A stretch of 56,859 bases of DNA, from IMG/VR virus record IMGVR_UViG_3300031949_000044, positions 1-56,859 of that record, one strand, 5' to 3'. This DNA comes from a virus. Lineage: Duplodnaviria; Caudoviricetes. Both the position numbers and the translations under genes were made by a program. Shown piece after piece: positions 7,267 to 16,102 of this stretch; within the stretch, counting starts at the first letter, position 1; each line of letters starts with the position of its first letter. The notes under the pieces were generated by a model. It was not told the DNA's origin. It saw only the letters and a list, made by a program, of their open reading frames with translations, and ran no database searches.

Positions 7267-9870
7267 CTACCCGGTCATATGTCCGAAGAACCCAGTTTGT
7301 CCGTTAAGCGCTATACCTACCCAGTAGACCTGACCGCCGCGCTTCGTCTCCGCGATCCCCGTGCTAGCTACCCGCTTGTTGAACTTTCGCTGCCCGAGTG
7401 CGATGAACCTGTTGGCCTGGCACCAGTTCTCGTACCTCTGGAACAGGTGTGCCTTGATGACCTCCGCGTCAGGCGTGGGAACGATCTGCTCTTGGGCGAA
7501 GGCAGTCTCCAGGAACTGGAGTGCGGTGTCGTTCTCCACCCGGTACTTCTCGCCCGCGTCCGTGACAGCCTGCGGTGCGCTGACTCCTTGCCCTCGGAAC
7601 TTGGCTAGACCCTCTAGGAGCCAGTTCAGGATCCCATCCGCCTCGGCCAGGAGCTTGTCCAAGATCTCGTGATCCTCGGTCGCGCTACCCTCGAACTTCT
7701 GGTTGAACTCAATGACCTTGATGCGTCCCCAGGCCGCCGGGTCATCCGGGTTGATCTTCGGGTTGTGGTTCGTGGCCATCCACATCACGGCCTGAGGGGT
7801 CCAAGACTGTGGCGCCTCGTACAGACCACGAGAAGTGATCGAGTCCTGGCCAGTGAGGCGCTTGATCAGTTCCTCGTCCAGCTTCGAGTCCTCGGCCGAC
7901 TCAGACGTTGCCACGAACCGCTTTCCGCGCAACGCGTGAAGCTCCACAGTGGACGTGTTGTCACCCTTCTTGGCTCGGAACAATGATGCCGCTGCCGTGC
8001 CTCCGTAGTCACCGAACACCTGGGTCAGGGTCTCGACCAGCTTGGACTTACCGGTTCCGGGAGGTCCGGACAGTAGAGCCATGGCTCGCCGGTTCGGCTT
8101 ACCCAGCAAGGAGTAGCCGGCCATCCGTTGCAGGAAGTCGCGAGTCTCGGGGTCCGGGATGACCTCCTCAAGGAACTGGAGCCAGCGAGGAGCGGTCGCG
8201 GCCGGTCGATATGTCGCACCGAAGGTCTTCGAGAGCATGTACCTGGGGTCGTGAGCCAGGAGTTCGCCACTCTCCAGGTTCAGGATTCCGTTGCGTACGT
8301 TCAGATACTTCGGGTCCACGTCGAAGTCATGGGCGTGCGCCTCGACTCCGGGCTCAGCCCGGTACATGGCGACCGTGCCCTCGACCTTGCTGTTGGCGTT
8401 CGAGGTGCTGGCCCATTTACTCAGTGCCGTGCCCTCCTCGCCCAAGAGCCCGGCTTGCTTTTTGGTGATCTTGTTCATTCGCTTGACGGCGGCCTTGATC
8501 GGGTCCTGGTTCAGCGCGAACCGCCAGGCAGAGCCTTCCCAGACGGCCCACTTTTTCATGTCCGCGCAGTATCGGTAACCGGTCGGGTACATGGCTACCA
8601 TGCGTTCCGCGTTGCCACCGTCACTGTGTTCGTACATGGAGAGATCAGGTACCGCGACCTGTTGCGGGACAACGGAATCCTCGGGTACACCAATCAGGAT
8701 CGGTGGGCACCAAGCGGCCAGCTCAACCGGCTCCGCGTCCATCATGACGGTGCGAGCCTCGCCGAAACCCTTCTCTCGCAAGGATTTGGCAGCCGCACTC
8801 ATGTCACCGGCGTGGTGGTATGCCGCGTACACATACTGTTTCGTGTGTTCCTTCTGTGCTTCAAGCTCAAGGACGTCGGTACTGAATATCCAGATCCTGT
8901 CCCGGTCCGCGGCGTGCCCGGTGGATGCACTGTGCCCATCCCTGCGGTCCTTGCCGGGTCGTACCCAGTACCTGGTCTCCCCGATCTGGTGGGAGAAGGC
9001 CCAGCCCAGCGGGATCAGGATGTCGGCCCAGTCCGTCTTCGCCTCGTAGTCGTCCAGGGGAGAGAGACCAGACAGAGGGGAGGGGGTGTTCCGGGGAGCT
9101 GGTCGTGGTGCCGGCTTCGGGATGACGTCCTTGGCAGCCAAGGTCGCTGACTCGGTCAGGTCGGCCATCGTATACATGGTGCCGGAGTTCTCGGTGAGGA
9201 TCTTGCACGGTCGCTCCATCCCCGCCTTCCGGTTCACCGTGCCAGGGATCCGGAGTACCCGGGCCAGGTCGTGGATGCCGGTCCCGTACTCGAAGCCGGC
9301 GCGCTCGAAGGCGTGGCCGATGATCCGATGCCACTGCTCAGATCGGGCCTGGAGTTCGGGCAGCCCTTCCTCGGTGACCCGGAGCGGATCCTTGAGTAGC
9401 CACCACGGATAGAGTCCGCCACCTGAGTGGATCCAGAGGGTTGGCTCGGGGAGCCCGGAGCTGGCCAGGATGATCTTCGCCTGCTCGACGGTCTCCGGAA
9501 GATCCAGTTTCTTGTGCCGGTGTGGCTTGGGACAATCGTCGGTACAAACCTCGTGCTTGTGGCCAGGACCACGCAGATCGATGTCGGCCCAGAAGCCGGG
9601 GAACGTCAGCGTGTCCTTGACCCCGCCTCGCTCACCCTTGTCCAGGCGCCTGGAGACCGTGGTGGCCCGGACGTAGATACCCTCGGTACCGCCGTTGTGC
9701 AGGGACTCTATGTAGTACAGGGCCTTGGAGACCCAGTCGGTCTTACTCAAGTCAATAGTTGCCCCGGCAAAGTTCCCCACGGAACAGATGTGCAGGAACC
9801 CTTCCGAGTCCCCGTGGAGCTGCTCAAGCCAGACCTGCGCCTCGTCCCGATCAAACCCGGCTTGTGGCAT
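7267..9870 (-). CDS. DNA primase-helicase (RepB/AEP-like primase fused to a D5/P4-type SF3 helicase)
   Basis: WADID, HSGGG..PWW and RVLRIPGTVN primase motifs; Walker A GPPGTGKS; IKRLTGQD and ATNHNP SF3 motifs. Confidence 0.9.
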   Translation of the reverse strand: MPQAGFDRDEAQVWLEQLHGDSEGFLHICSVGNFAGATIDLSKTDWVSKALYYIESLHNGGTEGIYVRATTVSRRLDKGERGGVKDTLTFPGFWADIDLRGPGHKHEVCTDDCPKPHRHKKLDLPETVEQAKIILASSGLPEPTLWIHSGGGLYPWWLLKDPLRVTEEGLPELQARSEQWHRIIGHAFERAGFEYGTGIHDLARVLRIPGTVNRKAGMERPCKILTENSGTMYTMADLTESATLAAKDVIPKPAPRPAPRNTPSPLSGLSPLDDYEAKTDWADILIPLGWAFSHQIGETRYWVRPGKDRRDGHSASTGHAADRDRIWIFSTDVLELEAQKEHTKQYVYAAYHHAGDMSAAAKSLREKGFGEARTVMMDAEPVELAAWCPPILIGVPEDSVVPQQVAVPDLSMYEHSDGGNAERMVAMYPTGYRYCADMKKWAVWEGSAWRFALNQDPIKAAVKRMNKITKKQAGLLGEEGTALSKWASTSNANSKVEGTVAMYRAEPGVEAHAHDFDVDPKYLNVRNGILNLESGELLAHDPRYMLSKTFGATYRPAATAPRWLQFLEEVIPDPETRDFLQRMAGYSLLGKPNRRAMALLSGPPGTGKSKLVETLTQVFGDYGGTAAASLFRAKKGDNTSTVELHALRGKRFVATSESAEDSKLDEELIKRLTGQDSITSRGLYEAPQSWTPQAVMWMATNHNPKINPDDPAAWGRIKVIEFNQKFEGSATEDHEILDKLLAEADGILNWLLEGLAKFRGQGVSAPQAVTDAGEKYRVENDTALQFLETAFAQEQIVPTPDAEVIKAHLFQRYENWCQANRFIALGQRKFNKRVASTGIAETKRGGQVYWVGIALNGQTGFFGHMTG

Positions 9871-9904
9871 ATGGCTTGTTCCTCCACAACATATAGCAAT
9901 GCAC

Positions 9905-9934
9905 TTGACCGCCCCCCGGGGGAGGGGTTACGCT
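9905..9934 (+). promoter_or_regulatory. Promoter carrying the conserved CCCCCGGGGGAGGGG spacer motif, antisense to the early operon
   Basis: TTGACC-N18-TACGCT. Confidence 0.6.
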
Positions 9935-10101
9935 GTCACCACACAACAGCGATGCACAGGACGGTCCCTTTTGCCGGGGGGCCGTCCTCGCTGCTGTTCA
10001 GCGACGTGGGTGTGAGCTTACGCCACGATCCCGGCTTCCGGTACGATCGGGGTGAAGGTGATCCTGCCCAGATCGATCTTCTCTTCTCCTCCCAGAAGAC
10101 G

Positions 10102-10138
10102 GCGACGGCTCCCGGTACACGTTCCCGGGAGCCGTTGC
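10102..10138. terminator. Hairpin/terminator
   Basis: gcgacggctcccgg / ccgggagccgttgc. Confidence 0.6.
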
Positions 10139-10150
10139 TATGTAAGGGAT

Positions 10151-10336
10151 CTAGGCTGTTTCTCGTCGGATGAGTTTAAGCAGCTCCAGGCCAATTTCGC
10201 CGGCTCGACGGTCGTTGAAGATACCGGCCGGAGTCTCGCTCCAGCACATCGAGGCAGCACCAAGAGCCTGATACACGGCGCTTTCGATAGGAATGGTGCC
10301 GTCATGTTCTGGGGTGAAATGGAACTCAGAATCCAT
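10151..10336 (-). CDS. Small conserved phage hypothetical protein
   Basis: MDSEF...AVYQALGAASMCW; start overlaps the end of the upstream gene. Confidence 0.6.
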   Translation of the reverse strand: MDSEFHFTPEHDGTIPIESAVYQALGAASMCWSETPAGIFNDRRAGEIGLELLKLIRRETA

Positions 10337-11237
10337 ACTGCTGCCGTTCCTGTTCCTGGTTGTACGGCTGCTGGACCTGCTGGCGAGCCAGGTCGTTGTT
10401 CTGATGCTGCATGGCCAGCCGCTCCAGCACGGAACCCTGAGCCGGCGGCTGCGGCGGCATGGGTGGCTGCTGGTACTGCGGTTGTGCCTGCTGAGTGGGC
10501 TGCTGAGCCCAGGCCGGCGGTGGCCCCTGCTCGTGGTGGGCGGGCTGCTGTGCCGGCTGCTGCTGATACTGCGGACGAGGGCCATCGCCGTACGGCCCGG
10601 TGCCAGGGTGACGTGCCGCGTACGGATTCATCTGACCCTCGTGGACGGGGCCGCCATTCCATCCGACTGGCTGCTGCTGGAACTGCGGCTGGGATTGTGA
10701 CTGCTGCCACTGTTGGGCCTGCTGTGGCTGTCCCTGCCACTGTTGCGCGGGCATGGAGCCCTGCGGCCAGCCCTCGTGCTGCGGCTGTTGGTTCGGCACC
10801 CACGGCTCCGGGTCCGGCGGGGCATCCGAGCGAACGAACTCGGGATTGGCGGCCATCCATGCGCCGCCCAATTCGACGGCATTAGCATCCCCGGACAGGT
10901 CCGTGATCACGTAGCTGCGGCCACCGTAGGAGTTCGCCACCTGGGTGAAGATGGCCAGTCGCGGGTCCGTGCCGACCAGGGACTTCAAGGTCTTGATCAA
11001 GCTGCCGGTGAACAGCCACACATTTCGGTACAGAACCGGAGTCCCGCCCATCAGCGGCCGGAGATCCACGATATCGCAGATCACCGGGTCAGCCAGTCTC
11101 CCCGTCCGCTGTGTCTGGGAGGTTCCCACGTTCCGCTTGTGGTCGTTGACCCAGATGATCAGGGGCCTGCCCACCAGGTCCTGAGCCCCGATCTTGGGGC
11201 CGCTGTTGTCCTGAATTGTCCCGAATGGTTGTGTCAT
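10326..11237 (-). CDS. ssDNA-binding-like protein with Gln/Pro-rich C-terminal tail
   Basis: About 140-aa globular domain followed by a disordered Q/P tail; located between the exonuclease and primase genes. Confidence 0.55.
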   Translation of the reverse strand: MTQPFGTIQDNSGPKIGAQDLVGRPLIIWVNDHKRNVGTSQTQRTGRLADPVICDIVDLRPLMGGTPVLYRNVWLFTGSLIKTLKSLVGTDPRLAIFTQVANSYGGRSYVITDLSGDANAVELGGAWMAANPEFVRSDAPPDPEPWVPNQQPQHEGWPQGSMPAQQWQGQPQQAQQWQQSQSQPQFQQQPVGWNGGPVHEGQMNPYAARHPGTGPYGDGPRPQYQQQPAQQPAHHEQGPPPAWAQQPTQQAQPQYQQPPMPPQPPAQGSVLERLAMQHQNNDLARQQVQQPYNQEQERQQYGF

Positions 11238-11466
11238 CTGCCTGTTCCTCTTCTACTACTTCGATCTGTCCCGCTTGCCGCCGGTCGTAGTCCGCCTGAT
11301 CGCCACGGGTCAGGTGATACCAGCCACAGTACCGGCACCGGTACGGTCTGCCGGGCTCCGGCAACTTGCGACCATACTCCGATGCCAGGTTGTACGAACC
11401 GAAAGATCCTTTCCCCTTGCGTCCTCGCCCGTGTGGGCAACGGGGACCGAACTTCGTATGCGCCAT
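11089..11466 (-). CDS. Small zinc-finger-like protein
   Basis: PYRCRYCGWYHLT motif; the 3' end overlaps the next gene, so the end is uncertain. Confidence 0.5.
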   Translation of the reverse strand: MAHTKFGPRCPHGRGRKGKGSFGSYNLASEYGRKLPEPGRPYRCRYCGWYHLTRGDQADYDRRQAGQIEVVEEEQADDTTIRDNSGQQRPQDRGSGPGGQAPDHLGQRPQAERGNLPDTADGETG

Positions 11467-11494
11467 CCTACGTACCCATATTCATTCTCCTTTG

Positions 11495-11888
11495 TGGATA
11501 GTCGCCAGGATCGGGCCGAGCCGCCAAGGTGATGGGCAGTCGCGTGGGTGGTGGGGGCTGTTCAGGCACGTCTCGTCGGTACTCTTGGTGCGCACTGGAA
11601 CGGAATGTCGGGAGGGCCGGGATGCACGTTTCGGGTAGTCGATGTGATGTGTCTTGCCGAGAAGCGGCGGGGATTGTCGTGCGGGCGGGCGGTCCGGGCG
11701 AGGGACGTCGGTTGTGTGTCGTGTGTCTAGTGTCGAAGCGGTGAGTCGTTAGGTGTCGGGGAGGGTTGTGGGTGGGTAGTCGTTAGTGGGTGGGCCGAAG
11801 ACGCGGTGGGTAGTCGTACCGGAGTGGCCGGTGGTGGTCGGGCAAGTCGCAGGGAGGCGGGAGGGAAAGGAGGGAGGCAGGGTAGTCG
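11495..11888 (-). repeat. Pentamer-periodic array D (about 11 units), directly after the Cas4-like gene
   Basis: GGNNN-GTCG delimiters about 31-39 nt apart; on the minus strand the first CGAC follows the TGA stop with no gap; ends gac-tatcc-a before an RBS. Confidence 0.85.
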
Positions 11889-12746
11889 TCAGCGACCCGG
11901 GCAGCCTGAAGCGTCAGGTCCCAGATCTATATCTCGGGGTTGAAAAAATGGGCAGTATGCACAGGATTGACCACTTGGGGTGGCTTCGATATCATCCCAA
12001 CGCTGAGGCTGGTTCATGATGTCGAGTTCCATCAGTCTACCAGCCAACCGATACATTCTGTCCAGGGCGCCTTGAGCGATTGCCCTGTCGTACGGGTACG
12101 TGAAGACCATCGCATCCGACAGCCAGCCGGCACGGGGCACGAAGTACAGGCTGACCTCGTCCACCGGGATACCGGAGTTCTCGTACCCCATCCCGTAGAG
12201 CTGAAGCTGGGTCTTGTACCCGGGCGGCACCTCTCCCTTCTTCAGCTTGGCGTGCAGCGTGGACCCATAGGTCTTGACGTCGACTACCCGTTTCTTGGAG
12301 ATCTGGTACAGGTCGGCGTGCCCATGGATCATCGGGTCAACCTGGACGGTCTGCTCGGTCAACCAGTCCTGCCCCATCCCCGCCCGCTGGTACGCCAGGA
12401 CGGCGCCCTCGATCCAGGCATGGACGGCAGTGCCCACAATCGCCGCCCATGGATCCATGGCCATGTTGACCTTGTCCAGGCCGGCGATCTTCATGCCTAG
12501 TTTCCGGTCGCAGGGATCGCCAAGCTCGGAAGGGCCTGGAGGGGCTTGCATGGACCGCTCGGAGTGTTCGTCCGCCCACAGGATGATCTCTGCCAGCTCG
12601 TGCTTCAGCGGGTCCGCGCCAGGGATAGCACCGAACATCGCACCAGACATAGCACTCCGATCGCATGTGGGATGTAGCTCCACGCCCTGGTCCAGCCAAA
12701 ACTTGGCCAACCGGACGCCACACACGTTACAGAGAGCCCCTGACAT
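11889..12746 (-). CDS. Cas4-family PD-(D/E)XK exonuclease
   Basis: PSELGDPCDR, HADL..VVDVKT, QLQLY and CAYCPF...CP (1+3 Cys pattern). Confidence 0.85.
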   Translation of the reverse strand: MSGALCNVCGVRLAKFWLDQGVELHPTCDRSAMSGAMFGAIPGADPLKHELAEIILWADEHSERSMQAPPGPSELGDPCDRKLGMKIAGLDKVNMAMDPWAAIVGTAVHAWIEGAVLAYQRAGMGQDWLTEQTVQVDPMIHGHADLYQISKKRVVDVKTYGSTLHAKLKKGEVPPGYKTQLQLYGMGYENSGIPVDEVSLYFVPRAGWLSDAMVFTYPYDRAIAQGALDRMYRLAGRLMELDIMNQPQRWDDIEATPSGQSCAYCPFFQPRDIDLGPDASGCPGR

Positions 12747-12934
12747 TACCGATCTCGCCGACCGTGCTGAAGATCCTTATGCTCTTCGCACAGTGCTGTC
12801 TGAAACGGGCGCAGAGGACCGTCGTACAACTTGGCCGGCTTCCGGCACATGAGGATCAGGAGACCAGGTCCCGAGTCATCCACGCCGGTGCTTGCCTCAC
12901 AGGTATATTGATCATCACGTGGAGACACTGGCAC
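12746..12934 (-). CDS. Small hypothetical protein
   Basis: 62-aa Cys-containing ORF coupled to the Cas4-like gene start. Confidence 0.5.
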   Translation of the reverse strand: MPVSPRDDQYTCEASTGVDDSGPGLLILMCRKPAKLYDGPLRPFQTALCEEHKDLQHGRRDR

Positions 12935-13012
12935 CCCTAACGGTTACGGTCTCTGATCATCTTGATCAACACCACCAGGATCACGATAGTGAACGCGATA
13001 CCGATGATCGAG

Positions 13013-13333
13013 CTAACCACGATCCGGCATCCGAGTCACGGACAGGTCGGTCGCCAGGGTCTTGGCCCACTGGACCTCGACGGCGTCCTGGAGGTCGATC
13101 CCGGTCTTGTGACAGAGACAGAGCAGCGCTGCGAAGACCCCGCCGACCTCGTCCTCCAGTTCCTTCATCCACTGCTCGCGGGTGCCTCGGATCCCCAGTT
13201 CCATCTTGACTACGGCACGAGCCGCTTCACCGGCCTCCTCGCACAGGGCCAAAGCCTGGAGTGGGACGCTGGTGTCTGGCAGGTTAGCGTCGAGCCAGAT
13301 GCCAACCCGTTCCTGATATTCACGCAGATCCAT
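13013..13333 (-). CDS. MazG-like nucleotide pyrophosphohydrolase
   Basis: LALCEEAGEAARAV...LEDEVGGV EExxE/EDE pattern. Confidence 0.8.
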   Translation of the reverse strand: MDLREYQERVGIWLDANLPDTSVPLQALALCEEAGEAARAVVKMELGIRGTREQWMKELEDEVGGVFAALLCLCHKTGIDLQDAVEVQWAKTLATDLSVTRMPDRG

Positions 13334-13334
13334 G

Positions 13335-13556
13335 CTATCTCCAGTCACAGCGTACGTAGACAGTCTTGTTGGGATAGTCAACAGTGTCTATCTTGCCTAT
13401 CCAGAGGGTGTCGAACTCAGGGTCGTACAACTCCACCAGTTCCCCGACCAGTGGCACCGTGGGCGGAACGTCGAACTCTAGGAACTGGAACCAGATTCCG
13501 TCGCTCCTGCGCTCGAACTCCAGGGCCGGTGCTCGGAGCTTTACCGGCTGCGTCAT
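13335..13556 (-). CDS. Hypothetical protein
   Basis: 73-aa ORF coupled to its neighbours. Confidence 0.6.
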   Translation of the reverse strand: MTQPVKLRAPALEFERRSDGIWFQFLEFDVPPTVPLVGELVELYDPEFDTLWIGKIDTVDYPNKTVYVRCDWR

Positions 13557-13969
13557 GGGCGACCCACATCCTTCTTCCAGACAAACATCCCCAGGACCCC
13601 CAGGTCCAGGCAGGTCAGATCCCCGGCCACACAGTCTTGGCGCACGGACGGGCCAGGCTTTCCCAGGTACATCGACGCGGTCCTCAGGGAGATCAGGTCG
13701 GCTGGCGAGATTCCGGCCCGTTGGAGCTTGGCGAGCGTGTCCAGGTAACCGAGATAGAACTTCGCGGCTCGGCGACTCGACTCCTTCCAGACCTGGAAGG
13801 CTGACCCATCCTCCCAGGTCTTCACGGTGGCCGCGTAGGTGCCCAGTAGCTGGGCCAGGGACACCATAGACAGCGAAAACTCAGCCCTGACCAGGGCCAG
13901 CCAACCGGACCTGATCACCTGAGTTCCGAGTTTGATGAGATCTTGATCGCGGGGAACGGTGATAGGCAC
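13553..13969 (-). CDS. HTH DNA-binding protein (XRE-like)
   Basis: LSMVSLAQLLGTYAATVKTWEDG; TAGGAT 5 nt before the start suggests a leaderless transcript. Confidence 0.65.
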   Translation of the reverse strand: MPITVPRDQDLIKLGTQVIRSGWLALVRAEFSLSMVSLAQLLGTYAATVKTWEDGSAFQVWKESSRRAAKFYLGYLDTLAKLQRAGISPADLISLRTASMYLGKPGPSVRQDCVAGDLTCLDLGVLGMFVWKKDVGRP

Positions 13970-13993
13970 GATTCATCCTATCCACCCCCTCCC

Positions 13994-14116
13994 CTACGTG
14001 AACGCGACCCAGGCCAGGACGAGGAGACTAATCACCACGCCTGACCAGATGAAGAACAGCAATGCGTTCGCCTCGTCCTCGCACCCCTGGCAGTAGGTGT
14101 GCCGGTGACAGGACAT
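13994..14116 (-). CDS. 40-aa membrane peptide
   Basis: Cys-rich N-terminus plus a TM helix; start overlaps the upstream stop. Confidence 0.45.
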   Translation of the reverse strand: MSCHRHTYCQGCEDEANALLFFIWSGVVISLLVLAWVAFT

Positions 14117-14376
14117 CAGACCTCCCTCGTGGCGCGTTCAATCGTGCTCCGGATCGTCGCTACCACCCAGGCGGTCATCACCCAGTGCGACATGAACATG
14201 ATCGAGAACCCCAGCAGGAAGGACGAAAGTGCCACGTCCACCTTCGACCTGTCCGGGTTGGATAGCCCGAATACGACGGTGACCGCTTCGAAGATAATGA
14301 TCACCAGGGTCAGGTGCGTGGTGACCCACTTCTTTCGAGAGAACAGCTCCTTGATCACATCCTTGAACATCTTCAT
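14116..14376 (-). CDS. Two-TM membrane protein
   Basis: Two hydrophobic segments; strong AGGAGGAG RBS. Confidence 0.7.
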   Translation of the reverse strand: MKMFKDVIKELFSRKKWVTTHLTLVIIIFEAVTVVFGLSNPDRSKVDVALSSFLLGFSIMFMSHWVMTAWVVATIRSTIERATREV

Positions 14377-14393
14377 CTCCTCCTTTCCTGTTG

Positions 14394-14469
14394 CGCCGCT
14401 GACAGGATTCGAACCTGCAACCTCCGGGACCCCCTAGGCCCGGTGTTCAACCGTTGACACTTCAGCGGC
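14394..14469 (-). ncRNA. tRNA-like RNA with a 10-nt anticodon loop
   Basis: GCCGCTG/CAGCGGC acceptor stem, GCAGG-TTCGAAT-CCTGT T arm, anticodon stem CCGGG/CCCGG enclosing CCTAGGGGGT; no CCA. Confidence 0.7.
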
Positions 14470-14521
14470 GATGGGTGGGGGTCCGGCGCACCACCCTCTT
14501 GGTTCCGGACCCCCACGTCTA

Positions 14522-15760
14522 TCAGTGTTGCGGGTAGAACGTCACCGTGTCGTTGGGACGGTCCTCGTCGCCCTCGACCAGGGTCGGCAGAGAGTCCTGC
14601 CGATTACGGCGAATGAGGAACATGAGGCCGGCGCCCGCGAGGATCAGGAACGCACCGCTACCGGCGATCCAAGGGACGGGGTTACCGCCACTGGTGCCGG
14701 TGAGTGCCAGACCGCCTGGGGCCGCGTTACCTTCCACGACCTCACAGCCGATGCCGTCTTTGTCGCTGTCCAGGTCCAACGTGTAGCCCGGCTCGGTACT
14801 CAAGATTGGTGCCTTACCGGCAGCTCGGACGGCGTCGCAGTTGGCGTACAACGGTGCTGGGGTCGTGGCCGGCGGGGTCGTGGGGACAACGGTCGGGGTG
14901 ACGGTTGGCGTCGGCGTCGCAGTTGGCGTGGCACAGACAGTCGGCTTGATGCACCTGACCCGCTTGATCGTCCGATCCAGGAACTTGACCTCCAGCCAGC
15001 CGTCCGTCGTAGTGACGCCGGTGAAGGTGTTGGTGCCCATGACCAGGGTCTTCAGCGATCCGTTGATCCACACCTTGACGCCCGGAGCCAGCTTGTTGAC
15101 CACGGTCACGTCGACCTTGCCATCGCACTGGACCTTGTAGGACACATCCAGACATTTGTCGATGTCGCCGAGGGACAAGCCGGTGATGTCGCCGGAGTTA
15201 CCGTCTGCGCTCTGGATGTGCTGCTGGTTGCAGCTTACGTACTTCCATGCCCAGGACGTCAGCTTGCCCTCGTGGCCCTCGGACCAGAGCTTGTCGACCC
15301 ACGGGCCGGTCGAGTCGGCGTTGGTGCCGCTCGGACTCCAGAAGGGCCAGTTGGTTGGGTTGGCCGGGTCGTAGGGCGCCACGTAGGTCGCCGTGAACTT
15401 GCCGGCGAAGGTGCCCTCGATGCCGGGGACCATGGGGTTGTTGTTCGAGGACTTGATGCCGATGGTCTTGAACGTCCCAACGTCCTCGCCGACGACCTTG
15501 AAGGTTGCCGTGGTGACCGCGACCAGGGCCTTTTCGACCTCAGGCATTACGACCGGCTCCACGCAAACCTTGACGGTGCGCACGAATGTGTCGGTGGCCC
15601 AGTTGTGACCGCCAACCACCGCGCTGTCCGGTCGGACCATGTTCTGGGTGACCGTCTTACAGTTCTCGTCCACCGCACCAGCGGGACCGGAACCGAGCGT
15701 GGCACCGAACAGGCCACCGGCGACAACCGCCACCAGGGCCAGAGCTACACGATTCTTCAA
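14522..15760 (-). CDS. Secreted cell-wall-anchored protein with an Excalibur Ca-binding domain and LAxTG sorting signal
   Basis: Signal peptide; P/T linker; YANCDAVRAAG...LDSDKDGIGCE; LALTG followed by a TM helix and RRNR. Confidence 0.85.
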   Translation of the reverse strand: MKNRVALALVAVVAGGLFGATLGSGPAGAVDENCKTVTQNMVRPDSAVVGGHNWATDTFVRTVKVCVEPVVMPEVEKALVAVTTATFKVVGEDVGTFKTIGIKSSNNNPMVPGIEGTFAGKFTATYVAPYDPANPTNWPFWSPSGTNADSTGPWVDKLWSEGHEGKLTSWAWKYVSCNQQHIQSADGNSGDITGLSLGDIDKCLDVSYKVQCDGKVDVTVVNKLAPGVKVWINGSLKTLVMGTNTFTGVTTTDGWLEVKFLDRTIKRVRCIKPTVCATPTATPTPTVTPTVVPTTPPATTPAPLYANCDAVRAAGKAPILSTEPGYTLDLDSDKDGIGCEVVEGNAAPGGLALTGTSGGNPVPWIAGSGAFLILAGAGLMFLIRRNRQDSLPTLVEGDEDRPNDTVTFYPQH

Positions 15761-15816
15761 TGCTCCTCCTTCTCTATGAAACCCGTGTATCGAACCACAG
15801 GATGGTGATCTTGGCA

Positions 15817-15966
15817 CTAGACCGAGGAACCAAGCTTGGTCCACTTGTTGTGGATCTTCCTCGCCTCGTCGTAGCTGATCTGACCCTGGACCTTCTCCCA
15901 GTACCGCTGCCAGACCTCGGCATACGTAGTGGGCGGGGACCACGGCTTGGCCGCACTCGTTGCCAT
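15817..15966 (-). CDS. 49-aa hypothetical protein
   Basis: AAAGGAG RBS immediately after the tRNA-like element. Confidence 0.6.
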   Translation of the reverse strand: MATSAAKPWSPPTTYAEVWQRYWEKVQGQISYDEARKIHNKWTKLGSSV

Positions 15967-15980
15967 GTGACTCCTTTCCG

Positions 15981-16046
15981 GGGGGAGAGCAGGACTCGAA
16001 CCTGCACCCTGTCCGTCGACTGCGCTGCCAGTTGCGCTATCTCCCC
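15981..16046 (-). ncRNA. tRNA-like RNA with a truncated anticodon arm
   Basis: GGGGAGA/TCTCCCC acceptor, GCGC D stem, GCAGG-TTCGAGT-CCTGC T arm; anticodon arm is only GTC-GACG-GAC. Confidence 0.75.
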
Positions 16047-16102
16047 GAGGCCGGAACCCTGCTGCTGTCAAAATCAGCAGGGGTCCGGCGGTCTAGCGGA
16101 TG

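Noticed and set aside
10340-10800. CAG-rich repeats as a fifth array
   Set aside because: They are 3-nt periodic and encode the Gln/Pro-rich tail of the SSB-like protein.
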